Virus record (IMG/VR): IMGVR_UViG_3300025751_002818
Span: 26,576 to 90,575 of that record
Length of the DNA: 64,000 nt
Strand: one strand, 5' to 3'
From: a virus
Taxonomy: Duplodnaviria > Caudoviricetes
The notes below the pieces were generated by a model. It ran no database searches, was not told the origin of the DNA, and saw nothing but the letters and a program-made list of their open reading frames with translations. Position numbers and translations under genes: made by a program. How positions within the stretch are numbered: position 1 is the stretch's first letter; each line of letters begins with the position of its first letter. This document shows positions 49,506-57,382 of the stretch, one piece after another.

Positions 49506-49944
49506 CGTTTCCTTTAAAATATCTTTCTATCCAAAGTTTACAACTGTAAAATGCTAGATAGAAACCTGCTATAAATGTAGCAATTATCAATGTGAATACC
49601 CAATTGATTGGATCTGATAACATAAAAAATAAATTTATGTATGCGTCAGCATCTGATTCACTACCTGCTTTGTAGTACGGATTTTCTTCACTTTCCCATT
49701 TTGCTTCAGCATCGGCTTTCCACATCTCTGCTTCTTCTTGGTACTCTTCAGCAATAACAATTAATTCTTCCCATTCTTCGCCACCGACTTCACCTGTGAA
49801 TTCATATACTTTTGTACAGCCATCTATAAAACATTGGTCTTTAATTGCTTCACTTGTAAGCCTTTGTTGAATTGAACTTGCAGTAAAGCCTATAAGCAAT
49901 GTGTAAACTATACCTGCTAATATGTAATATCTAGTCTTCATCAC
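49495..49944 (-). CDS. Hypothetical membrane protein
   Basis: 149 aa with N- and C-terminal hydrophobic segments. Confidence 0.6.
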   Translation of the reverse strand: MMKTRYYILAGIVYTLLIGFTASSIQQRLTSEAIKDQCFIDGCTKVYEFTGEVGGEEWEELIVIAEEYQEEAEMWKADAEAKWESEENPYYKAGSESDADAYINLFFMLSDPINWVFTLIIATFIAGFYLAFYSCKLWIERYFKGNDDE

Positions 49945-50098
49945 TCTTTTTTAATTCGTAACCATCTGCTGGATCTATTTCTGCATCAGCATTCATAAAT
50001 CGCATACGTTGTACGAGATCCCAATTAACATTTTTCCATTCATCTCTGATACCGCCCAGGTCAGACATATCAAATTCTTTTTTCTTTTTCTTATTCAT
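49931..50098 (-). CDS. Small hypothetical protein, 55 aa (below the ORF-track cutoff)
   Basis: MNKKKKKEFDMSDLGG...KKSDED*; fills the gap with overlaps at both ends. Confidence 0.5.
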   Translation of the reverse strand: MNKKKKKEFDMSDLGGIRDEWKNVNWDLVQRMRFMNADAEIDPADGYELKKSDED

Positions 50099-50273
50099 CT
50101 ATCTTTTTCCATAATTCTCTAAACAAGCAAAATCTACGATGACCTTCTTTAGTCTCATATACAAATTGCATTGCTAATAGTTCTACAACCTTGCCTTCAA
50201 ATTTGCCATTAAGACTACAAGTGTGTTCTATGCGATCTCCTATCTCTGGTTTGCTTTTACTATTCTTTGCCAT
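50091..50273 (-). CDS. Small hypothetical protein, SH3-like
   Basis: 60 aa; P.IGDRIE....FEGKVVELL pattern. Confidence 0.55.
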   Translation of the reverse strand: MAKNSKSKPEIGDRIEHTCSLNGKFEGKVVELLAMQFVYETKEGHRRFCLFRELWKKIDE

Positions 50274-50274
50274 G

Positions 50275-51501
50275 TTATATACTTATCATGTCTCCCTTTA
50301 CTACATTATAAAGTTCTGTAAATGTTTCTTCAAAACTTTCGCTCCTATACACATCACCAGCATTGACTTGTTCTATAAATTTTTGCCAATGTTCTTCTGT
50401 GCTGTCAGTACCAGCATGAGCAACTAACGGTGCTATGTCTTTATTATACTTTGTTTGTTCCCAAGCAGGCAAACCGTATTTTTCAGGATTGCGTACTTTA
50501 TCTATAATTTGTTCTTTTGCTGGTGACGGAACAACATTTGCTTCGCACCATTCTGGAAAGTGTACTAGGTTATTCCAAATTAAAAATTCAGGATAAACTG
50601 TTTCAAAATAATGATGAAACTCTCTTAGATAAAAGAAATTCCACACACTCACAGTATGTGTCACATTTATATTAACATGATCGTGCTCTGTGTGTAACTT
50701 ATAAAACTTATCTAAGTTCTCTACTACATTATTCCAACTATCTCCATGGCGTAGATAATCAAACTTTTGCTCTATGCCATCTAAACTTATGTTGAACCCT
50801 AAGTTCTCAAAGTTGCCTACAATTTTATCTATTAGTTTGTCATTGTAGAATGTGCCGTTAGTGCTGAGAGTAATCATTATATTTTTGCTTACTCCCATGT
50901 CCACTAACTTGTCAATGAGTTTGCGAAACTCTTTCATATAGAAAGGCTCGCCACCCATTATTTCTAAAACTCTAACATGGGGTAACCAATCCTCTATGTC
51001 TAGCCAAAACTGAGATTGTTCTAAGTCGTGTAAATCTATCTTAGAGGGTGGTTCCCAAAATTCTATGTTTCTATCTATAGATTCTTTTCTCCATTTACTG
51101 CTGTAATTTGCATTACAAGTTCTACATTTCAAATTACATGCGTTTCCTAATATAAGTTGATAGTCCCGCGGCATATCGGGTTCAGCCTCGTAATCTATTC
51201 CATCTGGGTATCTCCATTCTGCGTATCCGTTGTATAACTGTCGCTTAGACTCTTTACCATTGTCTTCATCTATCCAACATGTAGCACAATTATCCGGCGT
51301 CTTGCCTTCGCGAATTTCCTGCCTTAAATTTTTCATATAATCACTATGAAAAATGTCCCTTATTGAATCTTCCCCTAACGTGTAGTCTGAACCATCTGGT
51401 CGTGAAATTCTTTCACGAGCAATACAGCAACTTCTACAAGTTCCGCCTGGTTCGTTACTGAGGTGTGTCCACAGTAAACTACAATGCTTTGGTTCGTTCA
51501 T
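50275..51501 (-). CDS. N-terminal twitch/SPASM radical SAM protein (paralogue 5)
   Basis: CSLLWTH...GGTCRSCC; PDNCATCW.DE; LGNACNLKCRTC; MGGEPF; NISLDG. Confidence 0.85.
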   Translation of the reverse strand: MNEPKHCSLLWTHLSNEPGGTCRSCCIARERISRPDGSDYTLGEDSIRDIFHSDYMKNLRQEIREGKTPDNCATCWIDEDNGKESKRQLYNGYAEWRYPDGIDYEAEPDMPRDYQLILGNACNLKCRTCNANYSSKWRKESIDRNIEFWEPPSKIDLHDLEQSQFWLDIEDWLPHVRVLEIMGGEPFYMKEFRKLIDKLVDMGVSKNIMITLSTNGTFYNDKLIDKIVGNFENLGFNISLDGIEQKFDYLRHGDSWNNVVENLDKFYKLHTEHDHVNINVTHTVSVWNFFYLREFHHYFETVYPEFLIWNNLVHFPEWCEANVVPSPAKEQIIDKVRNPEKYGLPAWEQTKYNKDIAPLVAHAGTDSTEEHWQKFIEQVNAGDVYRSESFEETFTELYNVVKGDMISI

Positions 51502-52414
51502 ATTCCTCTACTAGTAATTTTGATATACAAAGTCTTGTAAGATCGTTTCCTCTATTAAACTGGTCGTGCTCTGTGCGATTGCTTTGGGCAAAAATAATAC
51601 AACTAGTTGGTTTTAATTTTAATTTATTGCAAACTACCCATTGTGTTTTCATGTACTTGTTAGGTATATAGTCTGGTCCCCAAGCACTCATGGCAAACTC
51701 GCCTATCATAGCACCAAAGTTATTTACTATACCATGTTGGTTAGCAAATAGTACAGCATCATCTATTTCTTTACGTTGTAAACGTATGCCTGCTCTAGCA
51801 CCTATTAAAGGAAATGTTTTACCTAAACTAAATGTAACTTCTTCTACACATGGCTGATCAACATTTATATTTAAACCATAGCACATTCCAAAGTACGCCA
51901 TATCTATTAGTACTGGTACGTTATTAATTGTGCACCACTCTAACAACTCGTGCATGTCTTCTTTTAATCTGCCTGTGTCACTAAAAGGACAACTAATAAT
52001 TACTGCGTCACCTTCTGTAATTTGTCCATAGTTATAAATCCATTCCCAGTTAGCATTCATATTATTACAAGCAACTTTGTGCATCATAAAGTCGCCTTTA
52101 AAAAATTTAAAGTTCTTGTCTATATGACGTTGCATAAACATACTGAATGCTTCGCTGGTACCATTAGTTTGAGTAACATGAGAGAAAGCATCTAATCCGT
52201 CGATGGTATTTAATTCACTACTGCGAATCCATCTACCGAATATCTCAATAAACTTTTCTCTGTGATCTGTAACACCATCAGCGGCAAAGAAGTCTCGCCA
52301 CTCGTATGTGCTTTCACAAAAGTCTCTAAGTTCTGATGTAATGGCTTTGTCCTGTATAGCATAACCGCCATTAAGCGGTCCTTGATAAGTGTAATTATTT
52401 TTCACCGTTGTCAT
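51479..52414 (-). CDS. Compact PLP-dependent fold-type-I enzyme (aminotransferase-like)
   Basis: TNGTSEAF, IISCPFSDTG, VPVLIDMAY (PLP Asp), FSLGKTF..GARAG (Schiff-base Lys). Confidence 0.65.
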   Translation of the reverse strand: MTTVKNNYTYQGPLNGGYAIQDKAITSELRDFCESTYEWRDFFAADGVTDHREKFIEIFGRWIRSSELNTIDGLDAFSHVTQTNGTSEAFSMFMQRHIDKNFKFFKGDFMMHKVACNNMNANWEWIYNYGQITEGDAVIISCPFSDTGRLKEDMHELLEWCTINNVPVLIDMAYFGMCYGLNINVDQPCVEEVTFSLGKTFPLIGARAGIRLQRKEIDDAVLFANQHGIVNNFGAMIGEFAMSAWGPDYIPNKYMKTQWVVCNKLKLKPTSCIIFAQSNRTEHDQFNRGNDLTRLCISKLLVEEYERTKAL

Positions 52415-53189
52415 CCAATTTACCGTGTCCGTATTCGTTTTCTAAATGGTAAGGTTGATTCTTTTCTTTGTCATACCAGTATAAACTTTTGTGTGGAGGA
52501 TCTCTCCAATCGTGTTTACTGTCTGCTATATAATAAAATGTTCTAAAGCCAACTCTAAATTTATCCTCAGGACATTCAATTGGATTTGGGTGTCCATGGA
52601 AACCACGTTTGTGATATTTCCACACAACCACGTTGCCCATCTTAGGTGGATAACTTACTATCTTTTCTGTTTTATCAAAATCCCAAAACTGTAAATCACC
52701 GTGCCATGCTTCATCCCAGTCTGGTGTGAAGTATAATATTAAACTTAATGCTCTGTGTGTTTGGCACTCTTCGTTCCAATTAAAGTCTGAGTGTATTTTT
52801 AAACTGTCGCCTTTGTAACTTTTCATATAACCAGCACCAGTTAAGTATGGGTCTGGTAATAGATGTTGTACATCACACACTTGGCTGAGCCATGTTAAAA
52901 ACTCTCTGCTGTGTAATGCACTAACAACACCACGTGCTACAGGAGCCTCAGTTAAGTCTTTACACTCTTCCATATAACTGTCTGCTCTTGTAAATGTTGT
53001 CCAATACTTTTTAGGTATGGTTTGGCTTTCCTCGTAAAGTAATTTTGCTACATTATAAGGTATAAAATCATCTAAAGCCAAAGTAGGGTAGGGAGGGGTA
53101 TAGCGATACTGCTCGTTTAGTGCAAGTTTTTCACTGTCACTACCCCACTTATGGAATAAGTGATCAAGTATTTGTTGATCTATGTTCAT
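52395..53189 (-). CDS. 2OG-Fe(II) oxygenase, proline-hydroxylase-like
   Basis: LLPDPYLTGAG, LKIHSDFN (HxD), RALSLILYFTPDW...GDLQFWD, FHGHP.PI.CP...R. Confidence 0.85.
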   Translation of the reverse strand: MNIDQQILDHLFHKWGSDSEKLALNEQYRYTPPYPTLALDDFIPYNVAKLLYEESQTIPKKYWTTFTRADSYMEECKDLTEAPVARGVVSALHSREFLTWLSQVCDVQHLLPDPYLTGAGYMKSYKGDSLKIHSDFNWNEECQTHRALSLILYFTPDWDEAWHGDLQFWDFDKTEKIVSYPPKMGNVVVWKYHKRGFHGHPNPIECPEDKFRVGFRTFYYIADSKHDWRDPPHKSLYWYDKEKNQPYHLENEYGHGKLDDNGEK

Positions 53190-54514
53190 TTGACTCCTCT
53201 AGTATTTCCGTAATGTATAACTGAGACACCATCAATGTCAGGTGTCTTACGCCATGGGTCTACTACAATACTGTTTGGTGCAAAACTAAGTTCTGAACCA
53301 TTGCCTGTTTTCACACTCAATGCTTCATCACAGTCAGTAACATTATGCTCGCCATACCAATTTGGTACAGTATCTAATTGGTCACCGTACGTTACTTCTG
53401 GATTATGTGCTAACAAATAAACTGCAGGATTACTAAGTATGTCGCTAGGCGGAACATCGCCTGTTTGTTCATCATAGTAATGTAAATCATAACCTGCTTT
53501 ATCAATGTAGTGACCTACTAGCATACTACTAGAACCTGTTTCATATGGTACTAATGGCTTGTATGCTTTACCAACAATGATAATAGGCATGCTTGGTACT
53601 AAACCAAATGCTGGGTGTTGATCCCCTGCAAGTTCCATTAAACGTTTTGCCATATTCTCTGCTTGTACTTCTCTTGAAAGCATTACAGCATCAAATAGAT
53701 CATATCCTAAATCCAAGTCCTCTGCCATCCAACGTAGAGCAATGTTATCTCTGGGGTGACAAGCACCGCCATCGCCCATACCTGGTTTCATATAACCTGG
53801 TCCCATAATACGTCTGTCTGAGTTTGCAAGTGCATCACATACTACTTCTGCATTAATGTTGCCTTGCTTTTCTGCAACATCTTGTATCATATTTACTAAA
53901 CTTACTTTTGCTGATATAAATGTATTATAAAAAACTTTAATACATTCGCATTCGTCCCATGTACCTATAATGTACTTAGGATCGTTTTGCATTATTGTTT
54001 TGTAGAAGTCCACAAGTTCTTTTGCATCACCTGTTTCACTTCCATCTTCTGTTCCAATCATTACCATTTCTGGATTTACCATATCCCACTTTACTGTACC
54101 CATAGCAATTAAGTATGGATTATACACAAATCTTGTGTTGGTAATTAATGGAATAAATTCTCTTCTAACAGTACCTGGAAGTACTGTTGATATAAGGACT
54201 ATTAATTGTTCTTGGGTCGCTACAGCATTTACTTTACTAAGAATGTCTTTGACTATTCTATAATCAAAGTCCTTGTTTGGTAAATGGCTGGTAGGTGCCT
54301 TTCCATCATACTGTGGATCATGTGGAGTAGGTACAGCAATAAAGACAATATCTTGTCCTCGTACAGCATCTTCCATATTGTCAACCATTGTAAAGTTTTC
54401 AGGCTCTACAGGGTTAACGTCATAACCGACAACATCATGGACCTCGGCGACCATTTCGGCGCAGGCTTGTCCTAACTTACCTACTCCGATGAATCCGATT
54501 GAGGCCATTTTCAT
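53186..54514 (-). CDS. UDP-glucose/GDP-mannose dehydrogenase family protein, atypical active site
   Basis: IGFIGVGKLG, GYDV, FIAVPTP, STVLPGT, K...NTF, VCDAL, GMGDGGACHPRD; NPEF motif replaced by NPYL; start may be ATG 54508. Confidence 0.9.
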   Translation of the reverse strand: MKMASIGFIGVGKLGQACAEMVAEVHDVVGYDVNPVEPENFTMVDNMEDAVRGQDIVFIAVPTPHDPQYDGKAPTSHLPNKDFDYRIVKDILSKVNAVATQEQLIVLISTVLPGTVRREFIPLITNTRFVYNPYLIAMGTVKWDMVNPEMVMIGTEDGSETGDAKELVDFYKTIMQNDPKYIIGTWDECECIKVFYNTFISAKVSLVNMIQDVAEKQGNINAEVVCDALANSDRRIMGPGYMKPGMGDGGACHPRDNIALRWMAEDLDLGYDLFDAVMLSREVQAENMAKRLMELAGDQHPAFGLVPSMPIIIVGKAYKPLVPYETGSSSMLVGHYIDKAGYDLHYYDEQTGDVPPSDILSNPAVYLLAHNPEVTYGDQLDTVPNWYGEHNVTDCDEALSVKTGNGSELSFAPNSIVVDPWRKTPDIDGVSVIHYGNTRGVK

Positions 54515-54532
54515 CTCCTGTTTTATGTCTCG

Positions 54533-54561
54533 GTACTAATTTCTAGTACACTCATATTTAT
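54533..54561 (-). promoter_or_regulatory. Late promoter motif ATAAATA (54555-54561) and 5'-UTR hairpin GTACTA-gaaat-TAGTAC (54533-54549)
   Basis: Both lie in the 66-nt gap upstream of the dehydrogenase, before an AGGAG RBS. Confidence 0.5.
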
Positions 54562-54580
54562 CAGAGATTTGTTTTGCTTT

Positions 54581-55822
54581 TTAGGATAGTTGGTATTGTT
54601 TGTTAGGTATTATCCATTTGTTTATTGGAGATTCAATAGTGTTTTTTAATAACAATTTTTTATTGTGTTTTAGTTTTTCTTGGACAGAATCACTATGATA
54701 CAGTTCATGGACTTCGTTGATATCCATTTTCATAAATTCGTCTATGCTGTTAATTACTTTTTGCATTCTAATATGATGATTTTCCTCAGCATCATACTCC
54801 TCATTAAAAAATTCAGGAAATGTTTTGTAGCCTATTTCTTTAAGTATTTTTAATGTGTGCGGAAAAGCAACAACTAATAACGGTTGCTCGAAAAAAAATG
54901 TTTTATATATTTTTTCCGTTATCAATCCGTTTGCTTCTCCAATTGCTTTGATATTTATATCATCATTTCCGTTTGGATCTATACCGTTAAATGCTACTGC
55001 AATAGAATTAGGCTCAAAGAATGTTTCAGTTACAATCTGTGCATACGAATCATTTAATACATTATACGATGGTTTCATCATCCAATCTTCAAAATTTCTA
55101 TTAAACATTTCTCTATGAAGTTTTGTACCAGTATCGGTATCTTCTGAAATTTGAGTGCCTAATGAAATACTCTTTTCAATATAACTATAATGACATTTAT
55201 CTCTATAGTTACTTTCTATGTGATTTACAATTTGATCTCTGTGCCAACATATTCTTCCATTGAATGATACGCAATGTTTTTGGCGTTTGTTTTTGGAAGG
55301 CTGAAAATTAAGTTTTTCATTATTGGAGTATACTCTATTGTAATATACATTATGGAATTGTATATCTGCATTTGGTAAAACTTTTTTATAATCTTTTACT
55401 GTAAAAAAATTGTTTATATGGATACTGATATTTTCTTGTTTAATTAATCTAGTTTGATCTATTAACCAATTGCGTCTTGCTTCTTCATCTAAATTATAAA
55501 TATCCCAGCCATTAGCAAATCGCCATTTGAGATTATGAAAATTTTTACATTTAGATAGACGCTCTACAATGTCAAATAATTTATTACCTGTTTCATAATC
55601 TAACTGTGGCCTCATGTGCAATCCAAACTGGATAGTAAGATTGTTCTCTCCAGATTCAATGAGTTGTTCTAACTGTTCAATTGATCTCATTAAAACCAAG
55701 TTTTGAGTGGCATCTTGTGATATTGGGTGTTCTAATGCTCTATTGCAAAGCCTAGCAGGACGAGATTTTCCTAGTATATCATCAAAGTCTTCCCAATAAG
55801 GTATTACTAGGATTTCTTTCAT
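54581..55822 (-). CDS. TEKT-family protein 3, putative GT-B (GT10-like) glycosyltransferase
   Basis: CVSFNGR..WHR, YAQIVTETFF, LITEKIYKTF...QPL, L..IGYKTF...FNEEYD. Confidence 0.55.
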   Translation of the reverse strand: MKEILVIPYWEDFDDILGKSRPARLCNRALEHPISQDATQNLVLMRSIEQLEQLIESGENNLTIQFGLHMRPQLDYETGNKLFDIVERLSKCKNFHNLKWRFANGWDIYNLDEEARRNWLIDQTRLIKQENISIHINNFFTVKDYKKVLPNADIQFHNVYYNRVYSNNEKLNFQPSKNKRQKHCVSFNGRICWHRDQIVNHIESNYRDKCHYSYIEKSISLGTQISEDTDTGTKLHREMFNRNFEDWMMKPSYNVLNDSYAQIVTETFFEPNSIAVAFNGIDPNGNDDINIKAIGEANGLITEKIYKTFFFEQPLLVVAFPHTLKILKEIGYKTFPEFFNEEYDAEENHHIRMQKVINSIDEFMKMDINEVHELYHSDSVQEKLKHNKKLLLKNTIESPINKWIIPNKQYQLS

Positions 55823-56091
55823 GCAGAGTGTCTTGTATACTCTTGTATTAGATAGTCACCTGTTAGTGCTTTGCCAAATAAGTGTTTTGTACCATCTGAT
55901 AGAAGTCTTTCAACTACTCCGTTATTGTATTCGACATCGGTTACATACTTGCCTTCTGATGTATGCTCCGGATGATCGTCGTACCACATTGAACTTAAAC
56001 TATGAGCATGTATGGATTTAACACCTTTTGCCCATTCCTCCGCGGCAAGTAATTGCCTTTGCCTTTCTACTACTTCGTCGTATTGTCCCAT
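55819..56091 (-). CDS. Hypothetical protein
   Basis: 90-aa ORF coupled to the downstream gene; TATAAATA 5 nt upstream. Confidence 0.6.
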   Translation of the reverse strand: MGQYDEVVERQRQLLAAEEWAKGVKSIHAHSLSSMWYDDHPEHTSEGKYVTDVEYNNGVVERLLSDGTKHLFGKALTGDYLIQEYTRHSA

Positions 56092-56096
56092 AATAA

Positions 56097-56104
56097 TATT
56101 TATA
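56097..56104 (-). promoter_or_regulatory. Full T4 late consensus TATAAATA, 5 nt before the ATG at 56091
   Basis: TATAAATA-ttatt-ATG; overlaps the stop codon of the upstream small ORF. Confidence 0.6.
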
Positions 56105-56231
56105 TTTTAGGGCCACCATTGTGCCCAATTAAAGAATTTTTCTTTTGTTGCTCTCTCCATTTTAAGAAATGTAACGCAACTTCTCTTGTGGTGTGTGTTA
56201 AAGTACTCACTGGACTTTTGAGTTTTTTCAT
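56100..56231 (-). CDS. Small hypothetical protein, 43 aa, ending IGHNGGPKI
   Basis: ATGA-coupled to the upstream ORF; below the ORF-track cutoff. Confidence 0.5.
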   Translation of the reverse strand: MKKLKSPVSTLTHTTREVALHFLKWREQQKKNSLIGHNGGPKI

Positions 56232-56365
56232 TTAAGATTTGCTCCTATTATTATACCTATTATTAAAATAAAACCATCGAATACAAAATGCAATATAAAC
56301 GAAAGTGCAAAGATTTCTTTCCAATGCACTTTACATATTTCTAACCATTCTGCTACCTTTTTCAT
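56228..56365 (-). CDS. Small membrane protein, 45 aa
   Basis: MKKVAEWLEICKVHWKEIFALSFILHFVFDGFILIIGIIIGANLK*; ATGA-coupled on both sides. Confidence 0.55.
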   Translation of the reverse strand: MKKVAEWLEICKVHWKEIFALSFILHFVFDGFILIIGIIIGANLK

Positions 56366-56676
56366 AATCTACTTATTTGTCCTAGTATGTTATCTACATC
56401 TGGATCACACTGGTGTCTAAGTACATCGTCTGTGACTTCGGTATTATAACATAATTCACCATCATAATCTAAAACAGCAATTTCATACCAACCCTTCATG
56501 GGTTTCATTTTATTAGTATCTTCTGGGTCAAGGTGTTCATCATGCTCGTTGTCTTCTGTGAATTCGTATTCTGGTATTACACTTGCACCAAACCCATTTG
56601 GAAATTTGTATATACGTTGGCGACCACCTAAATGATGCCTTGTATCACTTTCTAAAAATTCTTCCCACTTTTTCAT
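56362..56676 (-). CDS. Conserved phage hypothetical protein
   Basis: YKFPNGFGASVI...YEIAVL...CYNTEVTDDV pattern, common in phage genomes (recalled). Confidence 0.65.
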   Translation of the reverse strand: MKKWEEFLESDTRHHLGGRQRIYKFPNGFGASVIPEYEFTEDNEHDEHLDPEDTNKMKPMKGWYEIAVLDYDGELCYNTEVTDDVLRHQCDPDVDNILGQISRL

Positions 56677-57209
56677 TCTGGTAACTTCTCCGGGTCGACC
56701 AGTGTATCATCATCTAGATGCTCATCTTCTAATTCGTCTTGATACTCGTCTAGCATTTCTAATACATAAAAAGTACCATCTAAATCTTGTCCTGCTGAAT
56801 CTGTTTCCCAAAAACTTCTAGGTTGACTAGATATTTCAAAATCACCATAGTGATTAGAACCAACAAAGTCATTTGCAGGTTCATAATACATACAATGTAT
56901 ATCAACATCTGGATTAGCCTGTTCGTAATTCATGATAGCATTTAAAGGTGGGGACCAGGCACTTTCAAAGTAACCAACAATAGCAGAAGTGCTGTCATTG
57001 ATTTTTTCAAATTCTAAATTACTATCAGTTATAGGTACGTCCCATTTAGTACCCCATTCATCAACTGCTTTATGATAATCCCATTCTCCGATTGGGTGTA
57101 AGGCACTTAATAATCCTTCATCAGATTCATCACTTGCTTTACTCCATATTGCTTCGACCTTATCTGTAGGTCCTTCTATTACAATATGATTACTACACCA
57201 ATTAGGCAT
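56673..57209 (-). CDS. YubB ferredoxin-like / DUF1281 family protein
   Basis: MPNWCSN, WGTKWD, FESAWSPP, YYEP. Confidence 0.8.
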   Translation of the reverse strand: MPNWCSNHIVIEGPTDKVEAIWSKASDESDEGLLSALHPIGEWDYHKAVDEWGTKWDVPITDSNLEFEKINDSTSAIVGYFESAWSPPLNAIMNYEQANPDVDIHCMYYEPANDFVGSNHYGDFEISSQPRSFWETDSAGQDLDGTFYVLEMLDEYQDELEDEHLDDDTLVDPEKLPE

Positions 57210-57382
57210 TAGTCGTCTAGTCCTGGGTAGTAGTTATCCGCTTTTTCGTTGTAGCCATAAAACGAACCTTCTTTCTCGTCTTTAGTTCGTTTAGCCTTAT
57301 CGCTTTTTTCACTTGCACCTAGTGGGTCAAGTAAAATCCTTTCCCTTCTAGACAGTTGTCTGTTTTCAATCTTATCGTACAT
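57209..57382 (-). CDS. Small hypothetical protein, 57 aa
   Basis: MYDKIENRQLSRRERILLDP...; TAATG-coupled on both sides. Confidence 0.55.
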   Translation of the reverse strand: MYDKIENRQLSRRERILLDPLGASEKSDKAKRTKDEKEGSFYGYNEKADNYYPGLDD

